Positions 28,945 through 39,383 of a stretch of 64,000 bases of DNA are shown piece after piece. Within the stretch, counting starts at the first letter, position 1. Every line of letters starts with the position of its first letter. Location of the stretch: positions 32,001 to 96,000 of the IMG/VR virus record IMGVR_UViG_3300006802_000073. The stretch is one strand, 5' to 3'. The notes under the pieces were generated by a model that was given only the letters and a program-made list of their open reading frames with translations, was not told where the DNA came from and ran no database searches. The DNA comes from a virus. The position numbers and the translations under genes were made by a program.

Positions 28945-30156
28945 TCAAATTATTTCATTCCAACCAATAATAGCACCAATATCCGCACCTGCAGTGTCGG
29001 TCATTACACAAACTGTTACAATATCACTAACATTTGCTAATGTTCTACCAAGTTGAAAATTAAAATCTTCCTGTACACCAATAGTAATAGAACCAGATTT
29101 TCCAGCTGAAAAATAACCAGATTCTAGTATTCGTCCATCAGAAATTTCGGTTGAGGTGAGAGTATATTCTACAGAACTATCGTCACTTACAGGTAAAAAA
29201 GTATTACCTGTAAGCGTACCATTTAATCTTACCTGATATTTAAAAATGGCATTATTTGTAGGTGAATAAAGATCGACAAAATTTGGTAAAACAATAGCCT
29301 CTAATCTAGTACTTTTCAATCGTATACTTAGTACTGGATACCATGTATTAGCTAACGTTAAATCATATAAAGGTGTTAAATCATGCCCCACTCTAGTATT
29401 TAAACTTCTTCCCTGAAATCCTCCATCTGATATAACTGTAGTACAAATTTGTTTCATAGTACTAGAACTTATAGTACTTCCTGTATTTTCTATCTCATAT
29501 CTTACAGGTAAACATGCAGTAGTCATATATGTGGTAGTATTTACATTATCATTGTGAAATGTATGTGCTGTTATGGGTTCGCCATGTACTATAAAACCAC
29601 ATCTTACATCTCCTACACCTAACCATTCAATATCAATCCAAAAAATATTAGCCTTACTTACATCTAATATTCTTCCTGAAGCTCCGGTTCCATCAAAAGG
29701 ATCATCTATCCAATCACTTTGCAAAACTTCTTGATTAACAACTGTTCCTGTAACATTTGATCTTAAAACTAATTTAATATCAGATCCATTTTGTTCTAGA
29801 TAAATACCATTTTTATTGCCAAAATAACCTACACGTTGCCGTAAATTTGTTTTTGCAGGTGCAAAAACAAAAGTTAACATAATACCTAGAGATTTTCCAG
29901 GTTGATAAGAAAAAACTCTTTTTGATTCTCTATAGACATATGAACCAGAATTTGCATCAACAACCATATCCAAAACACTTTCATTTGGTTTATGTTCTGT
30001 ATATGTACCTATAGAATTTGCTGTACTAAATTTATACCCCTCATTAAATCTCATTTGATTTTCAAAAAGGGTAAAAGGTTCTGAAGTTTTTAATCTATTA
30101 AACGCATCTACAGTACTGCGTATAAAGCCAACTCGATCTGAAAATAAGTGAGACAC
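28945..30156 (-). CDS. Putative virion structural protein
   Basis: DAFNRLKTSEP...YQPGKS...EWLGVG beta-rich family. Confidence 0.6.
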   Translation of the reverse strand: MSHLFSDRVGFIRSTVDAFNRLKTSEPFTLFENQMRFNEGYKFSTANSIGTYTEHKPNESVLDMVVDANSGSYVYRESKRVFSYQPGKSLGIMLTFVFAPAKTNLRQRVGYFGNKNGIYLEQNGSDIKLVLRSNVTGTVVNQEVLQSDWIDDPFDGTGASGRILDVSKANIFWIDIEWLGVGDVRCGFIVHGEPITAHTFHNDNVNTTTYMTTACLPVRYEIENTGSTISSSTMKQICTTVISDGGFQGRSLNTRVGHDLTPLYDLTLANTWYPVLSIRLKSTRLEAIVLPNFVDLYSPTNNAIFKYQVRLNGTLTGNTFLPVSDDSSVEYTLTSTEISDGRILESGYFSAGKSGSITIGVQEDFNFQLGRTLANVSDIVTVCVMTDTAGADIGAIIGWNEII

Positions 30157-30897
30157 TTAGATAATTCTCCATCCGTTTTTGTTCACAAAAGTTAAGGAGC
30201 CATAGTTTATTGCTATATTAGCAGCATTTTTACCATCAATTAAATCACTATTACTTCCACGTACTGTAATCCAACGATTTACTCCATTAGCACAATTACC
30301 TGATTCGTCTTTAACTACAACTTTTCTTCCTTGTGCTGGTTTAGAAGGTAAATAAATGTTTACTGCTCCACTATAATTAACACCTACATAATAATCTTTT
30401 CTTCCCATAGTATAAGAATTTGATGTAACTGATACTACTCTATGTGTAAGATCTACTACATCACTAGCACCACCACCAGGTCCCGTAACTGCAATCTTAC
30501 TAATGGCTTGTTCTAAAAATTTTAACTTTTTTGTAATAGCATCAAAATTTGGTTGCGTAACTAAAGGATCTGGTTGTTGAAACGAATCTTGTTCTCTAGA
30601 AACTTGTTTTTCTATTTCTTGTGCGACTCTATCTACTAAACTTTTTTCTGGCACTATAACTGGTGGTGGTGTTTCATAACGAACTTCTTCTTGTATTGGT
30701 TCAGATATAGTAATCTGTTCTTCTTCTATATTTTTTAAATCAAAAAGATCTAATGCGGAATTCTTACGTACTGATTCTATAAGATTACGCTGCATATCTT
30801 TATAACGTGTTACTTCTTCCAATAGATCAGAATCAACAGGCATTCCGAGATCCTGTGATAACTTTACAAGCATTAACTTTTCTTTAATCGTTCTCAT
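30157..30897 (-). CDS. Putative virion protein
   Basis: GPGGGA hinge; C-terminal VVKDESG..IDG..GWRII module. Confidence 0.55.
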   Translation of the reverse strand: MRTIKEKLMLVKLSQDLGMPVDSDLLEEVTRYKDMQRNLIESVRKNSALDLFDLKNIEEEQITISEPIQEEVRYETPPPVIVPEKSLVDRVAQEIEKQVSREQDSFQQPDPLVTQPNFDAITKKLKFLEQAISKIAVTGPGGGASDVVDLTHRVVSVTSNSYTMGRKDYYVGVNYSGAVNIYLPSKPAQGRKVVVKDESGNCANGVNRWITVRGSNSDLIDGKNAANIAINYGSLTFVNKNGWRII

Positions 30898-30973
30898 AAA
30901 CTTTTAAAAAGTTATCTTCTCTATTGATTAATCATTGACAACCATGTAAACTTCGCTATGTGGCGTATGATGA

Positions 30974-31591
30974 TTAAAAATCCTTTAATTCACCTGTATG
31001 CTGTACATGATGAGCATAAAAATTGGTATTAGGATAATCATGTTTTAAATCTTTAAATGTACTTAAGTTTTTAGTATCATCATCATACATATGAACATGT
31101 TTATATTTATGTTTGTTTATATACCCTCTAATAACTGTTGCTTTCTTCATATCTGATGATACAGGGGCATTTATATTACCAGCACGTATAATATGAATCT
31201 TGTTCATATTTAGTCCATGTGCTTTAAATGTATTTAAAAAAGTATTCTTATTATCCATATTTACTCTAGCAGTATTAAGAATAATATGATTATGAGGAGA
31301 TTTTTGTAAAGATTTTACTAGATTTAACGTGGAATGAATCGGATTAGATTCTTGTTTAAATTTTTTAGCATTTCTAAATTCTGTAAAATCATATTTTTCA
31401 GTTGATTTTAATAAATTATGAGTGCTATGATGAGCATATTCTTTACTAGATAAAGATTTTACTTTATTACCCGCGTTATCTACTACATTAACTTTTGCAG
31501 TAGGATGAAATAAAGTATCATCTATATCAAAAACATGTAGATGACTATATTTCTGATGTATTTCTTCTTTTAGTTGCCTTAATGTTTTCAT
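30974..31591 (-). CDS. HAD-family phosphatase
   Basis: FDIDDTL, NTAR, MYDDD..NL. Confidence 0.75.
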   Translation of the reverse strand: MKTLRQLKEEIHQKYSHLHVFDIDDTLFHPTAKVNVVDNAGNKVKSLSSKEYAHHSTHNLLKSTEKYDFTEFRNAKKFKQESNPIHSTLNLVKSLQKSPHNHIILNTARVNMDNKNTFLNTFKAHGLNMNKIHIIRAGNINAPVSSDMKKATVIRGYINKHKYKHVHMYDDDTKNLSTFKDLKHDYPNTNFYAHHVQHTGELKDF

Positions 31592-32757
31592 CTTGGTCTT
31601 GCTAAAAAATTAGCTCTACTAAATTCAGCTCTATCAACTAGTTTTGTGGGTCTATTATTTATCACTGCTACATGCCCCTCAGGCTTTGCTAATTGCCCCG
31701 AAATACTATGATGAAATTGTTGCTCAGATGCTGATAAGGTATTGTTTAATATATCTTTGGCTTTTTGTAGATGATGATGCAACTTAAATGTATGATCAAA
31801 TAAACTCTTATTAGAATCTACATGTTGTAGTGCTTCGTTTGCAATTTTTCTTTTTGCAGTTTTAGATGCTTCAGTCTTTACATCTGCAATTTTTTTATTA
31901 TGAAACGCTTCTAAATGTGATCTATATCCTTTTGTAGAGGGAGCTACTCCTTCTCTCACTGCACTATTTATATATGTCTTGACAGTATCAATATGTCCGT
32001 GTAAATGACTATAATCTGCTAATTTTTTGTGCTCATTTTCCGCCATACGCATATGAGATTCAAATTCTTTTTGATGTTCTGGTGAATAATGCGATTTTTT
32101 AGAATCATAATTGGGACTAATTAAATGTACATCTGGATGTTTTGTAAAATGACTAGTATCAGCATTATATTCTGCTTTCATATCTTCTAATTTATTTCCA
32201 TGATAAGCAGTATGAACAACTACACCAATCTTTGCATTCTTTATTGCTTGACCATGTTCAGAATTCTTTTTTGCTGAATATGTTATAGTATTTGGTTTAA
32301 AATGATAAGAATCTCGTGATGAACTAACATCATTATCACTCTTGGAATACATAAAATCGCCCTGATAAACACCAGTATGTGGAGTAACTTTTGGTAGATG
32401 TGTTAGAGCAGATTTAAGTTTTGATACTAAACCTGGTGCATGACCATGGTTCTTTTCTATATCATCTGTTGTATAATTTAACTTTGGATTCTTATTGAAA
32501 GCTGATTTTGAGGCGACAAAGAATCTTTTATTCTCTGGATGATATCCGAAAACAATGCTAGGTGAACCATCATATTTAGTTGATATAGAGACTTTAGATC
32601 CTTTACCTCGCAGTGCATCATGCACACCCATAAGAGTAGTTTTCGCATGATTAAATCCTGCCTCCCCCGCATTGATAGGATGATCCTCTGCATGCTCCAG
32701 ATGTTTTAACTTTTCTTCTGTGGCAGCTTCTGTTAAAAAAGTTTGAAATGATAACAT
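31588..32757 (-). CDS. RNA-ligase-like covalent nucleotidyltransferase (DUF6267-like)
   Basis: KYDG motif I, YQGDF, PEGHV, KLV. Confidence 0.65.
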   Translation of the reverse strand: MLSFQTFLTEAATEEKLKHLEHAEDHPINAGEAGFNHAKTTLMGVHDALRGKGSKVSISTKYDGSPSIVFGYHPENKRFFVASKSAFNKNPKLNYTTDDIEKNHGHAPGLVSKLKSALTHLPKVTPHTGVYQGDFMYSKSDNDVSSSRDSYHFKPNTITYSAKKNSEHGQAIKNAKIGVVVHTAYHGNKLEDMKAEYNADTSHFTKHPDVHLISPNYDSKKSHYSPEHQKEFESHMRMAENEHKKLADYSHLHGHIDTVKTYINSAVREGVAPSTKGYRSHLEAFHNKKIADVKTEASKTAKRKIANEALQHVDSNKSLFDHTFKLHHHLQKAKDILNNTLSASEQQFHHSISGQLAKPEGHVAVINNRPTKLVDRAEFSRANFLARPR

Positions 32758-34088
32758 TATTTTACCTTAAGTTCGTAATTTATTAAACCTTGTTTAGACT
32801 CAATATCTGAAATTGCTGACTTACTACCAATAATGTTTATAGAAACATCTCCAGATTTTGTTAATGAATATATGATTTCACCTTCCTTCCATCTATCTAT
32901 ATTTAAATTTGCCTGATAAAATTCTTTACCAGCAAGAACATCTAACATAAAGTTTACAGATTTGGAGTCAGAATTTAATTCTGACGATATTTGTCTATTG
33001 AAAAATGCAGTAATTGATTTTGGAAGATTAATTTTTATATTTGTTTCTAAATTTTTTATTGATTTTATAGCATCAACTACTGTACTACTTTCTTTAGTTA
33101 AATTTTTATCTGTCGTAGAAGTTTTTATATTAGTATACACATCATATGTATTTTTTACTTTAGTTGCAGGTATTCCTAAAATAACTCGTACTCCATACTC
33201 ATAAACTATATTTTTAGCTCCCTTGTTTCTTAAAAGATCTGCAGAGGTTATGTTTAATTTTTTAGTAATATCTGCTATTTCTTTTATAGTGGAGTTTGAG
33301 GGTAAGTATTGATACTTATCTAAGGCAATAGGAAGAAGATTACCAAAAAAAGATGCTTTGGCACCCACACCAAATTTATTAGAGATAGGGTATAATCCTG
33401 TAGTTGTTTTTATAAATGTATCAACACCTTTAAAACTGGATTCATCGGGAATAAAAAAATACTTAGGTGTGCCTTTAATTACAGGATATGAAGAAGGTGA
33501 TTTTAGAATGATATATCCTAAGAGTAATTCACCCAAATATTTACCTAATTCATTTATTTCTGGGGGTAAAACTTCAGTGTTCCAAGTAATTTTTTTAGGA
33601 TTAGAACTTTTAAAGTAATTTTCAAGCACTAAAAGTATGCCAGAATTATCTCTGTTTACCTTAGGATTTTTTCTTAAATTTGCAAGAATAGAATTAGCTA
33701 ATTGACTAGCTGTAGTAAACGAATATCCTGGTATTTTCATACCATTATACTCAAATATATCCTTTTTTCCCAAAGTTATTAGTGTATTGGACTGAATACC
33801 TAATAACTCGGTCGCCCCACCCTTTGAGATATCAATAGGTTTAGAAACAAAAGATTCGTGGATATAGCCAATAGTTTCTATGTTATTTTTTTTATATAAA
33901 ATTTTATACTTAGGGGAAAAATCTTTTACCGCGGGAACAATAATTGGAGTATTAGCATATATTGTATCAATTACGATTCCCTTCTCATTAGTTATTTTTA
34001 CTTGTTGTTTATCTTTTCCCTTGACAAAGGTAGATATCTCTTTATCTTTGAAATATTTTTCAAATTTTTCTTTACCGCGAGAAGCCAT
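32757..34088 (-). CDS. Hypothetical late protein, possibly PD-(D/E)XK-like
   Basis: 443-aa ORF after a late promoter; YLGEL...GVD...ISNK. Confidence 0.5.
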   Translation of the reverse strand: MASRGKEKFEKYFKDKEISTFVKGKDKQQVKITNEKGIVIDTIYANTPIIVPAVKDFSPKYKILYKKNNIETIGYIHESFVSKPIDISKGGATELLGIQSNTLITLGKKDIFEYNGMKIPGYSFTTASQLANSILANLRKNPKVNRDNSGILLVLENYFKSSNPKKITWNTEVLPPEINELGKYLGELLLGYIILKSPSSYPVIKGTPKYFFIPDESSFKGVDTFIKTTTGLYPISNKFGVGAKASFFGNLLPIALDKYQYLPSNSTIKEIADITKKLNITSADLLRNKGAKNIVYEYGVRVILGIPATKVKNTYDVYTNIKTSTTDKNLTKESSTVVDAIKSIKNLETNIKINLPKSITAFFNRQISSELNSDSKSVNFMLDVLAGKEFYQANLNIDRWKEGEIIYSLTKSGDVSINIIGSKSAISDIESKQGLINYELKVK

Positions 34089-34113
34089 CTACGTAATCCG
34101 TGGTTTATTTTAA

Positions 34114-34121
34114 TATTTATA
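34114..34121 (-). promoter_or_regulatory. T4-type late promoter
   Basis: TATAAATA on the minus strand, upstream of the 34088..23853 block. Confidence 0.7.
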
Positions 34122-34125
34122 CAAT

Positions 34126-34148
34126 AAAAAAGGGCGCCAAAGCGCCCT
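34126..34148 (-). terminator. Rho-independent terminator
   Basis: AGGGCGC-TTTG-GCGCCCT followed by TTTTT. Confidence 0.85.
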
Positions 34149-34171
34149 GAAAAATTTATCTACCTCTACGT

Positions 34172-34414
34172 TTACTCAAAAAATTGAGTACCCGCTAGCC
34201 TATACGCAAAACTTACCATACGTTGATTAGGACGCCCAAGACGATAACTGGTGCCCTTCTTACTAGTATTAGTGTAAATTGCCATACCAGCATCACGTAG
34301 TTCAGCAACACGTGCTGGAAGATTCTTCACTCCAAAAAGACCTCGGGCTTGGGCTTGATTCAACTTACGACCTGTCTTAAAATACGATACTAACTTCTCA
34401 TTTTGAGTTTTCAT
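34172..34414 (-). CDS. Winged-helix/HTH protein
   Basis: QARGLFGVKNLPARVAELRDAG..IYT. Confidence 0.65.
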   Translation of the reverse strand: MKTQNEKLVSYFKTGRKLNQAQARGLFGVKNLPARVAELRDAGMAIYTNTSKKGTSYRLGRPNQRMVSFAYRLAGTQFFE

Positions 34415-34432
34415 TCAAGATACTCCATAAAA

Positions 34433-34858
34433 TTATACTGCATATTGTTTGATTTCTTCAATCATTAGATCATCTTCCTCATCTTTACTAGGCTTAGATC
34501 CAATAACTACCTTGGGTTGCTTCACTGCCTTTTCCTTCTTAGAAACAGGCTGAGTCTTCTTAACAGACTTCTTGTTTTTTGTGGGTTTGGCTGACGAAAC
34601 CTTAACAGTTGTCAGACCCATCTTCTTATCATAAGTTTGATTGATAATAGCTTCGTAATCTTTGAACTTATCATTCTTTAGAAGCTTCTCGCAAATCTGC
34701 GCCTTAGTGAACTTTTCATCAAACTCTACCAACTCAATATCCGTATGCCCAGCTTTAATCATAGCCTTAATACGAGTTACCATATCACCTTGACCTACAC
34801 GGACTTTGAACTTACCCAGACGCTTAGACACACCACCAAAATTATACTTTGCATTCAT
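34433..34858 (-). CDS. Hypothetical early protein
   Basis: Probable start MNAKYNF after GAGG RBS and promoter 34889..34917; K.GHTDIELVE. Confidence 0.5.
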   Translation of the reverse strand: MNAKYNFGGVSKRLGKFKVRVGQGDMVTRIKAMIKAGHTDIELVEFDEKFTKAQICEKLLKNDKFKDYEAIINQTYDKKMGLTTVKVSSAKPTKNKKSVKKTQPVSKKEKAVKQPKVVIGSKPSKDEEDDLMIEEIKQYAV

Positions 34859-35018
34859 AATATATGCACCTCTCAAGTTAAAAAAACAATTATAACACCC
34901 TACTATACTTCTGTCAATCAATACAGAATAAAAAGAACGGGAAAAAGTACAACTGCAGTGATAAAAATTACTTTGTCCATATTCATTTTCCCGCATCCTT
35001 CTATCATCGTAAAACCAT

Positions 35019-35046
35019 ATTATACATGTTCTATACTAAATGTCAA
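35019..35046 (-). promoter_or_regulatory. Sigma70-like early promoter
   Basis: TTGACA-16nt-TATAAT; a second promoter at 34889..34917. Confidence 0.75.
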
Positions 35047-35091
35047 GCTTTTTTTTAAACTTTTTACATTAAAAAAACACTTTAAAATCAA

Positions 35092-35679
35092 TTATTTAGA
35101 TCTTATAGGATTGTGTGGTATCCCTAGCATCACTTTAGTATGCCACTCTCCTCCAATTTTTCTTTGGTAAAAATGATGTTTTAGTTCTGGATGTTTCTGA
35201 AGCTCGGGATCATCATGTGGTGGTTTGCGTAATTCTTCTTTTGCTAATTTAGCTGCTTGATGGCGCGGAATAGCAAAATCTCTGACATTGGGAAGATGTT
35301 TTTTTAAAAAAGATAGAGAGGGACCAGAAACTTCACCATACGATCTTTTTTGTTTGAAATCATCTTTCATCATAGATGCTAATCCACGTTTACCCGCATC
35401 TGTTCCATCTGTAGCTATAGCAACACGCTTTCTACCTTCTTTATCTTTATATAGTTGAACAGAACGAACTTTTCCACCTTCTTTATGTAATTTCCACATC
35501 GGTATTTTCTTTACCATATCTTCTTTTGATTCAAATCCCGAACCATGAATTCCACCTAAAGGCTTATATGCTGTCTGAAGCATATTCCACACATGATCAG
35601 CATGTTCATGCTTTTCTTTTTCATGTTGAGGAAGAAGATTGATGAATCTTTCTTCTAGAAAGGATTTAAACTCATTCAT
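35092..35679 (-). CDS. Putative internal head protein
   Basis: MNEFKSFLEE capsid-targeting-like N-terminus; AYKPLGG...ATDGT...YGEVS. Confidence 0.55.
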   Translation of the reverse strand: MNEFKSFLEERFINLLPQHEKEKHEHADHVWNMLQTAYKPLGGIHGSGFESKEDMVKKIPMWKLHKEGGKVRSVQLYKDKEGRKRVAIATDGTDAGKRGLASMMKDDFKQKRSYGEVSGPSLSFLKKHLPNVRDFAIPRHQAAKLAKEELRKPPHDDPELQKHPELKHHFYQRKIGGEWHTKVMLGIPHNPIRSK

Positions 35680-35690
35680 TTTAATTATCC

Positions 35691-36230
35691 TTAGTAATAA
35701 GTGTTGTATATTTTACGAATAATTTTATTTATTGGGTTAAAATCTTTGAAACGGTGTTTTTCTTGAGCAAAAGTATAAATTTTTGGATGAAATCTTTCAT
35801 AATACTCTAAAGTTTCTCGAGGATCTAAAACCTCATCCTGCAGACCTAAAATCAAAGTTCTATAACATACATTAGAACAGTGTTCAAGCCGCTCATTGAT
35901 AATTTTTTCATATGATAAAAAACTATCAGTATTTTCTTGATACTTTTTAAGTGATATATGTGGTTGAGTGGCTGGGTTGATTAGCACCATTCTATATGCA
36001 TATTTACATGCAAAATAATTAGCCCAAAACCCACCCAAACTAGAACCTACAATAAGAATATCATCATCTAAATGAGGGGTAAGTTGCTCCATAATTTGTT
36101 TATATGATACATCTGCATCTATAGTATCATATTGAATCAATTTCATTGGAATGCTATCAGGAATTCCCTCTTTAATCTTACCAAAAGTTTCTAATCCAGT
36201 ACTATTATAACCGTGAATATATATGATCAT
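35691..36230 (-). CDS. YqiA/YcfP-like alpha/beta esterase
   Basis: YIHGYNS, GSSLGG, INPA, DEVL, HRF. Confidence 0.85.
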   Translation of the reverse strand: MIIYIHGYNSTGLETFGKIKEGIPDSIPMKLIQYDTIDADVSYKQIMEQLTPHLDDDILIVGSSLGGFWANYFACKYAYRMVLINPATQPHISLKKYQENTDSFLSYEKIINERLEHCSNVCYRTLILGLQDEVLDPRETLEYYERFHPKIYTFAQEKHRFKDFNPINKIIRKIYNTYY

Positions 36231-36533
36231 AATGTTATAAAGGTGTAAGAAAATACCATAAAGAAGAAAAAGAATCTTACTATATATGTTACAAATGTAG
36301 GTTCTTCTATCAGAAACGTAGCTAAAAAGGCTAAAGAAAAGTACAATGCTGTTGTACTCATATATGTATCAGGACTCATCGTTTATATTCTTTTTGCATT
36401 TTAGTGCTTGTAACAATTAGATGCCATCCGCTGAAATTTTCTAAAAGTTCTTGTGCTTGTTTAAAAGTGATATTATCAAATTTAAGAGGTTTGCCGGAAT
36501 AATTGTTCAGTTTTACTGAGATTTGTGGTTGTT

Positions 36534-36944
36534 TCATTTTTTCACTCCAATCTTCTTTAGAACCGCATCATTATGTTTACAGTTTTTTCTGAACTGAAAT
36601 CCCAGGCAATCACATCTACCCCGCATTCCGTCAACAGTAACCGTATATTGTTTTTTTGAACTTTTACTAGTAATTTTGAAAATTCTTGTAACAGATTCTT
36701 CTATTTTTCTAGCCGAACCACTAAGATATTGTATCTCTGATACATTTTTCAATCTAATAATTGATTTAGGATACTTCGGATTTCCTGTTTCAATATTAAA
36801 CTCATCTCCTTGCATCCATGACTCTGGACGAATGATACGCCCAGTAAAAGTTTTGTATTCATATTCTGCATCAGAGTAGTAATATGTATTAGGAAACTTC
36901 GTCACTACTCTGACAACAGAACCTATCTCCGGCATAGATATCAT
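36534..36944 (-). CDS. SWIM zinc-finger protein
   Basis: CDCLGFQFRKNCKH; promoter at 36974..37001. Confidence 0.7.
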   Translation of the reverse strand: MISMPEIGSVVRVVTKFPNTYYYSDAEYEYKTFTGRIIRPESWMQGDEFNIETGNPKYPKSIIRLKNVSEIQYLSGSARKIEESVTRIFKITSKSSKKQYTVTVDGMRGRCDCLGFQFRKNCKHNDAVLKKIGVKK

Positions 36945-37022
36945 AACGATTCTTCCACTAAGTATACACCTATATTATACAGATTCTATAAAAAATGTCA
37001 AGCAGATTGTAATCTATTGATT

Positions 37023-37676
37023 TTAAAGGAATTTTTCTTTGATTAAAGGTAACCACTTGTAAGTTTTAAGTAAAAGCACGGCTTTGATATGATTCCATCT
37101 CGCCCCTTTAAATGTTGTAGAGTATAGATTCCATGTATATAACTTCTTATATTTACTCAAGTTATTTAATATAGTTTTGTAATTATCCTCAGGATAATAA
37201 TAAATAATCTCCATAGCAAGATCATGGGAATAAGCATCTATCTCTTCAACAATAGCCAAATATTCCATAGAAGATAATCCGCGTTTAGCGGATCCTTTAG
37301 AGAAGTTATATTGTGTAGTATAAAATTTTTCTTGTTTTTTAGCGTGCTGAAATTTATGTATTAATTCGTGCTGTAAAGTCTGATTCAATTGGAAGAGGAA
37401 ACTTTCTTTTCTTTTTTTTGAAAGATATATCTGTTGTTTATTCTGATTTATAAATAAAAAAATAGTTATAGGTTGTCTATTAGTAGAAAAGTCATATTCT
37501 CCACCAATAGCAAACAGTTTATTTTTAGAAAGTGATCTAAGTTCTATAATTACTTTTGCGCCAAATGGCTTAATAATAAACTCTAAATTTTCTTTAAATT
37601 GGCTAATTGTAAATTTGCCTGTTAACTTATCGGAATACTTATTCAATCTTTTCCAGATTTTTGGTCCTAGATGCAT
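37023..37676 (-). CDS. Hypothetical protein with HExxH motif
   Basis: QHELIH...YLAIVEEIDAYS. Confidence 0.55.
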   Translation of the reverse strand: MHLGPKIWKRLNKYSDKLTGKFTISQFKENLEFIIKPFGAKVIIELRSLSKNKLFAIGGEYDFSTNRQPITIFLFINQNKQQIYLSKKRKESFLFQLNQTLQHELIHKFQHAKKQEKFYTTQYNFSKGSAKRGLSSMEYLAIVEEIDAYSHDLAMEIIYYYPEDNYKTILNNLSKYKKLYTWNLYSTTFKGARWNHIKAVLLLKTYKWLPLIKEKFL

Positions 37677-37708
37677 AATGCACTCCTTAAAGTGTATACA
37701 TAGAGTAT

Positions 37709-39082
37709 TTATATTTTGATATCTGAATAATTCCTTTCAAATTTTCTATTAAGATTAAAAGATTCTTCCTCGCCCGCATCAGTGATACCTTTTTGTGCAG
37801 ATTCTTCTAGATCATATAATCGCATCTTTGCTCTATCTATACCCAAAAGAAATCTTTTATTTTTAGAAGGATCACGATATCTGCTTTTAAGTTGTTTAAC
37901 CATAACCTGGCTTTGTTTTTCCAGATCTTCAGTATTAATTAACGCAAACATAAAATCTGCAGTTGCTGGTAAACCAAAACTTTCAGATGTATCTGTTAAT
38001 TCTACATCTGTATTACTATAACCCGATCTTGTAGTTTGTGTTGCTGACCAAATTGGAACATTAAATTCAACTGCCAATCCTCTCAATTCTTCAGCAATCG
38101 ATTTAATAATAATATAAGAGTTTGCTCCTGAACTAGGTTTAAACCGTGAACTAGAACAGATGTTAAGATAATCAATAAAGATGGCATCTGGTATAAAGTT
38201 TCTCTTTAACTTCAGTTCATTTAATAAAGTTTTAAAATGACCAACATGTGCTGAAGCAGTTGGATACTCTTTAATAATTAATTTACCATTAGTTTTATTT
38301 GTTATCTTTGCTACTCTATCAATGAAAATATGTTTAGGTAAATCTTTTAGTTGATCAATTTGTGTATTAAGTAAGTTTGCATCAATTCTTTCAGCAATTC
38401 TTTCTTCTGCCATCTCCAATGTAATATATAAAATATTTTTACCTTGATTTAGATAAGAAGAAGCTACATGACATAGAAATAAGCTCTTCCCCCCACCAGT
38501 GCCAGATAAAATAATATTTAAAGTTTTATTTGGAATACCATTATTTGTGATCAAATTCATATAATGTAAATCAAATGGAATTCTTGCCTCTACACGATTA
38601 TAAAACTCAAATCTACTTTCAGCATCATCTAAATAATCATGCCCTACAGAAGTATCAAAACATACACTTAATGCTTCTTGAAGCAAAGATGGAATTCCAT
38701 CTTTAGAATGTACTTTGTCTCTACCATCAATAATACTAATGGAGTTTACAATAGCATTATAAACAGCTCTATCTTTACAATATTTTTCTGTTTCGTTCAA
38801 TAACCATTCTATATTAGATTCTTTTGTTGTTAATGTATCTAGATGATTAATGAGATCAGAATAAGTATCCTCATTTAAAGTTTTATCATTATGAAAAGCA
38901 ATAGTTAAAGCATCTTTAGATGGCTGTGTATTATACTTTTCTATAAATTCTGATATATGCTTGAAAAGACTCTTTGTAGTAGATTCTGTAAAATATTCCT
39001 CCTTGAGAAAGGGGATAACCTTTCTCATATAATCTTCGTTGTGAATTAAGTTAGATAAAATTGTTTGTTCAATACTTGTCAT
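37709..39082 (-). CDS. 41: Replicative helicase (gp41)
   Basis: GTGGGKS, LEMAEERIAERID, DYLNIC, SESFGLPATAD. Confidence 0.96.
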   Translation of the reverse strand: MTSIEQTILSNLIHNEDYMRKVIPFLKEEYFTESTTKSLFKHISEFIEKYNTQPSKDALTIAFHNDKTLNEDTYSDLINHLDTLTTKESNIEWLLNETEKYCKDRAVYNAIVNSISIIDGRDKVHSKDGIPSLLQEALSVCFDTSVGHDYLDDAESRFEFYNRVEARIPFDLHYMNLITNNGIPNKTLNIILSGTGGGKSLFLCHVASSYLNQGKNILYITLEMAEERIAERIDANLLNTQIDQLKDLPKHIFIDRVAKITNKTNGKLIIKEYPTASAHVGHFKTLLNELKLKRNFIPDAIFIDYLNICSSSRFKPSSGANSYIIIKSIAEELRGLAVEFNVPIWSATQTTRSGYSNTDVELTDTSESFGLPATADFMFALINTEDLEKQSQVMVKQLKSRYRDPSKNKRFLLGIDRAKMRLYDLEESAQKGITDAGEEESFNLNRKFERNYSDIKI

Positions 39083-39383
39083 CCGTGTCCTTTATAGCTC
39101 TAGCAATAAAATCAGAAATGATACATTCTATTAATTCATCAAAATCTTTTGTTTTCATTTCTTCAGTTGATATTGTATCAGGAGTATTGAGAAAATGAAA
39201 TCCTACATCTAAACTTTCATCCTTATAATCAATATTCTCAATCTCTATTACTGTATCTTTGAACTTACCCTTTAAGATTTCAAATCCCCAATGTGGAACT
39301 TTTTCTTCTTTAGTTTCTTCTAAAGAATAATCTACATTCCAAACTCTATAAACATCATTCAACATTTTCATACTCCTCATCAA
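39069..39383 (-). CDS. Hypothetical protein at the T4 gp40 position
   Basis: Synteny between uvsX and 41; acidic. Confidence 0.4.
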   Translation of the reverse strand: MMRSMKMLNDVYRVWNVDYSLEETKEEKVPHWGFEILKGKFKDTVIEIENIDYKDESLDVGFHFLNTPDTISTEEMKTKDFDELIECIISDFIARAIKDTDDKY

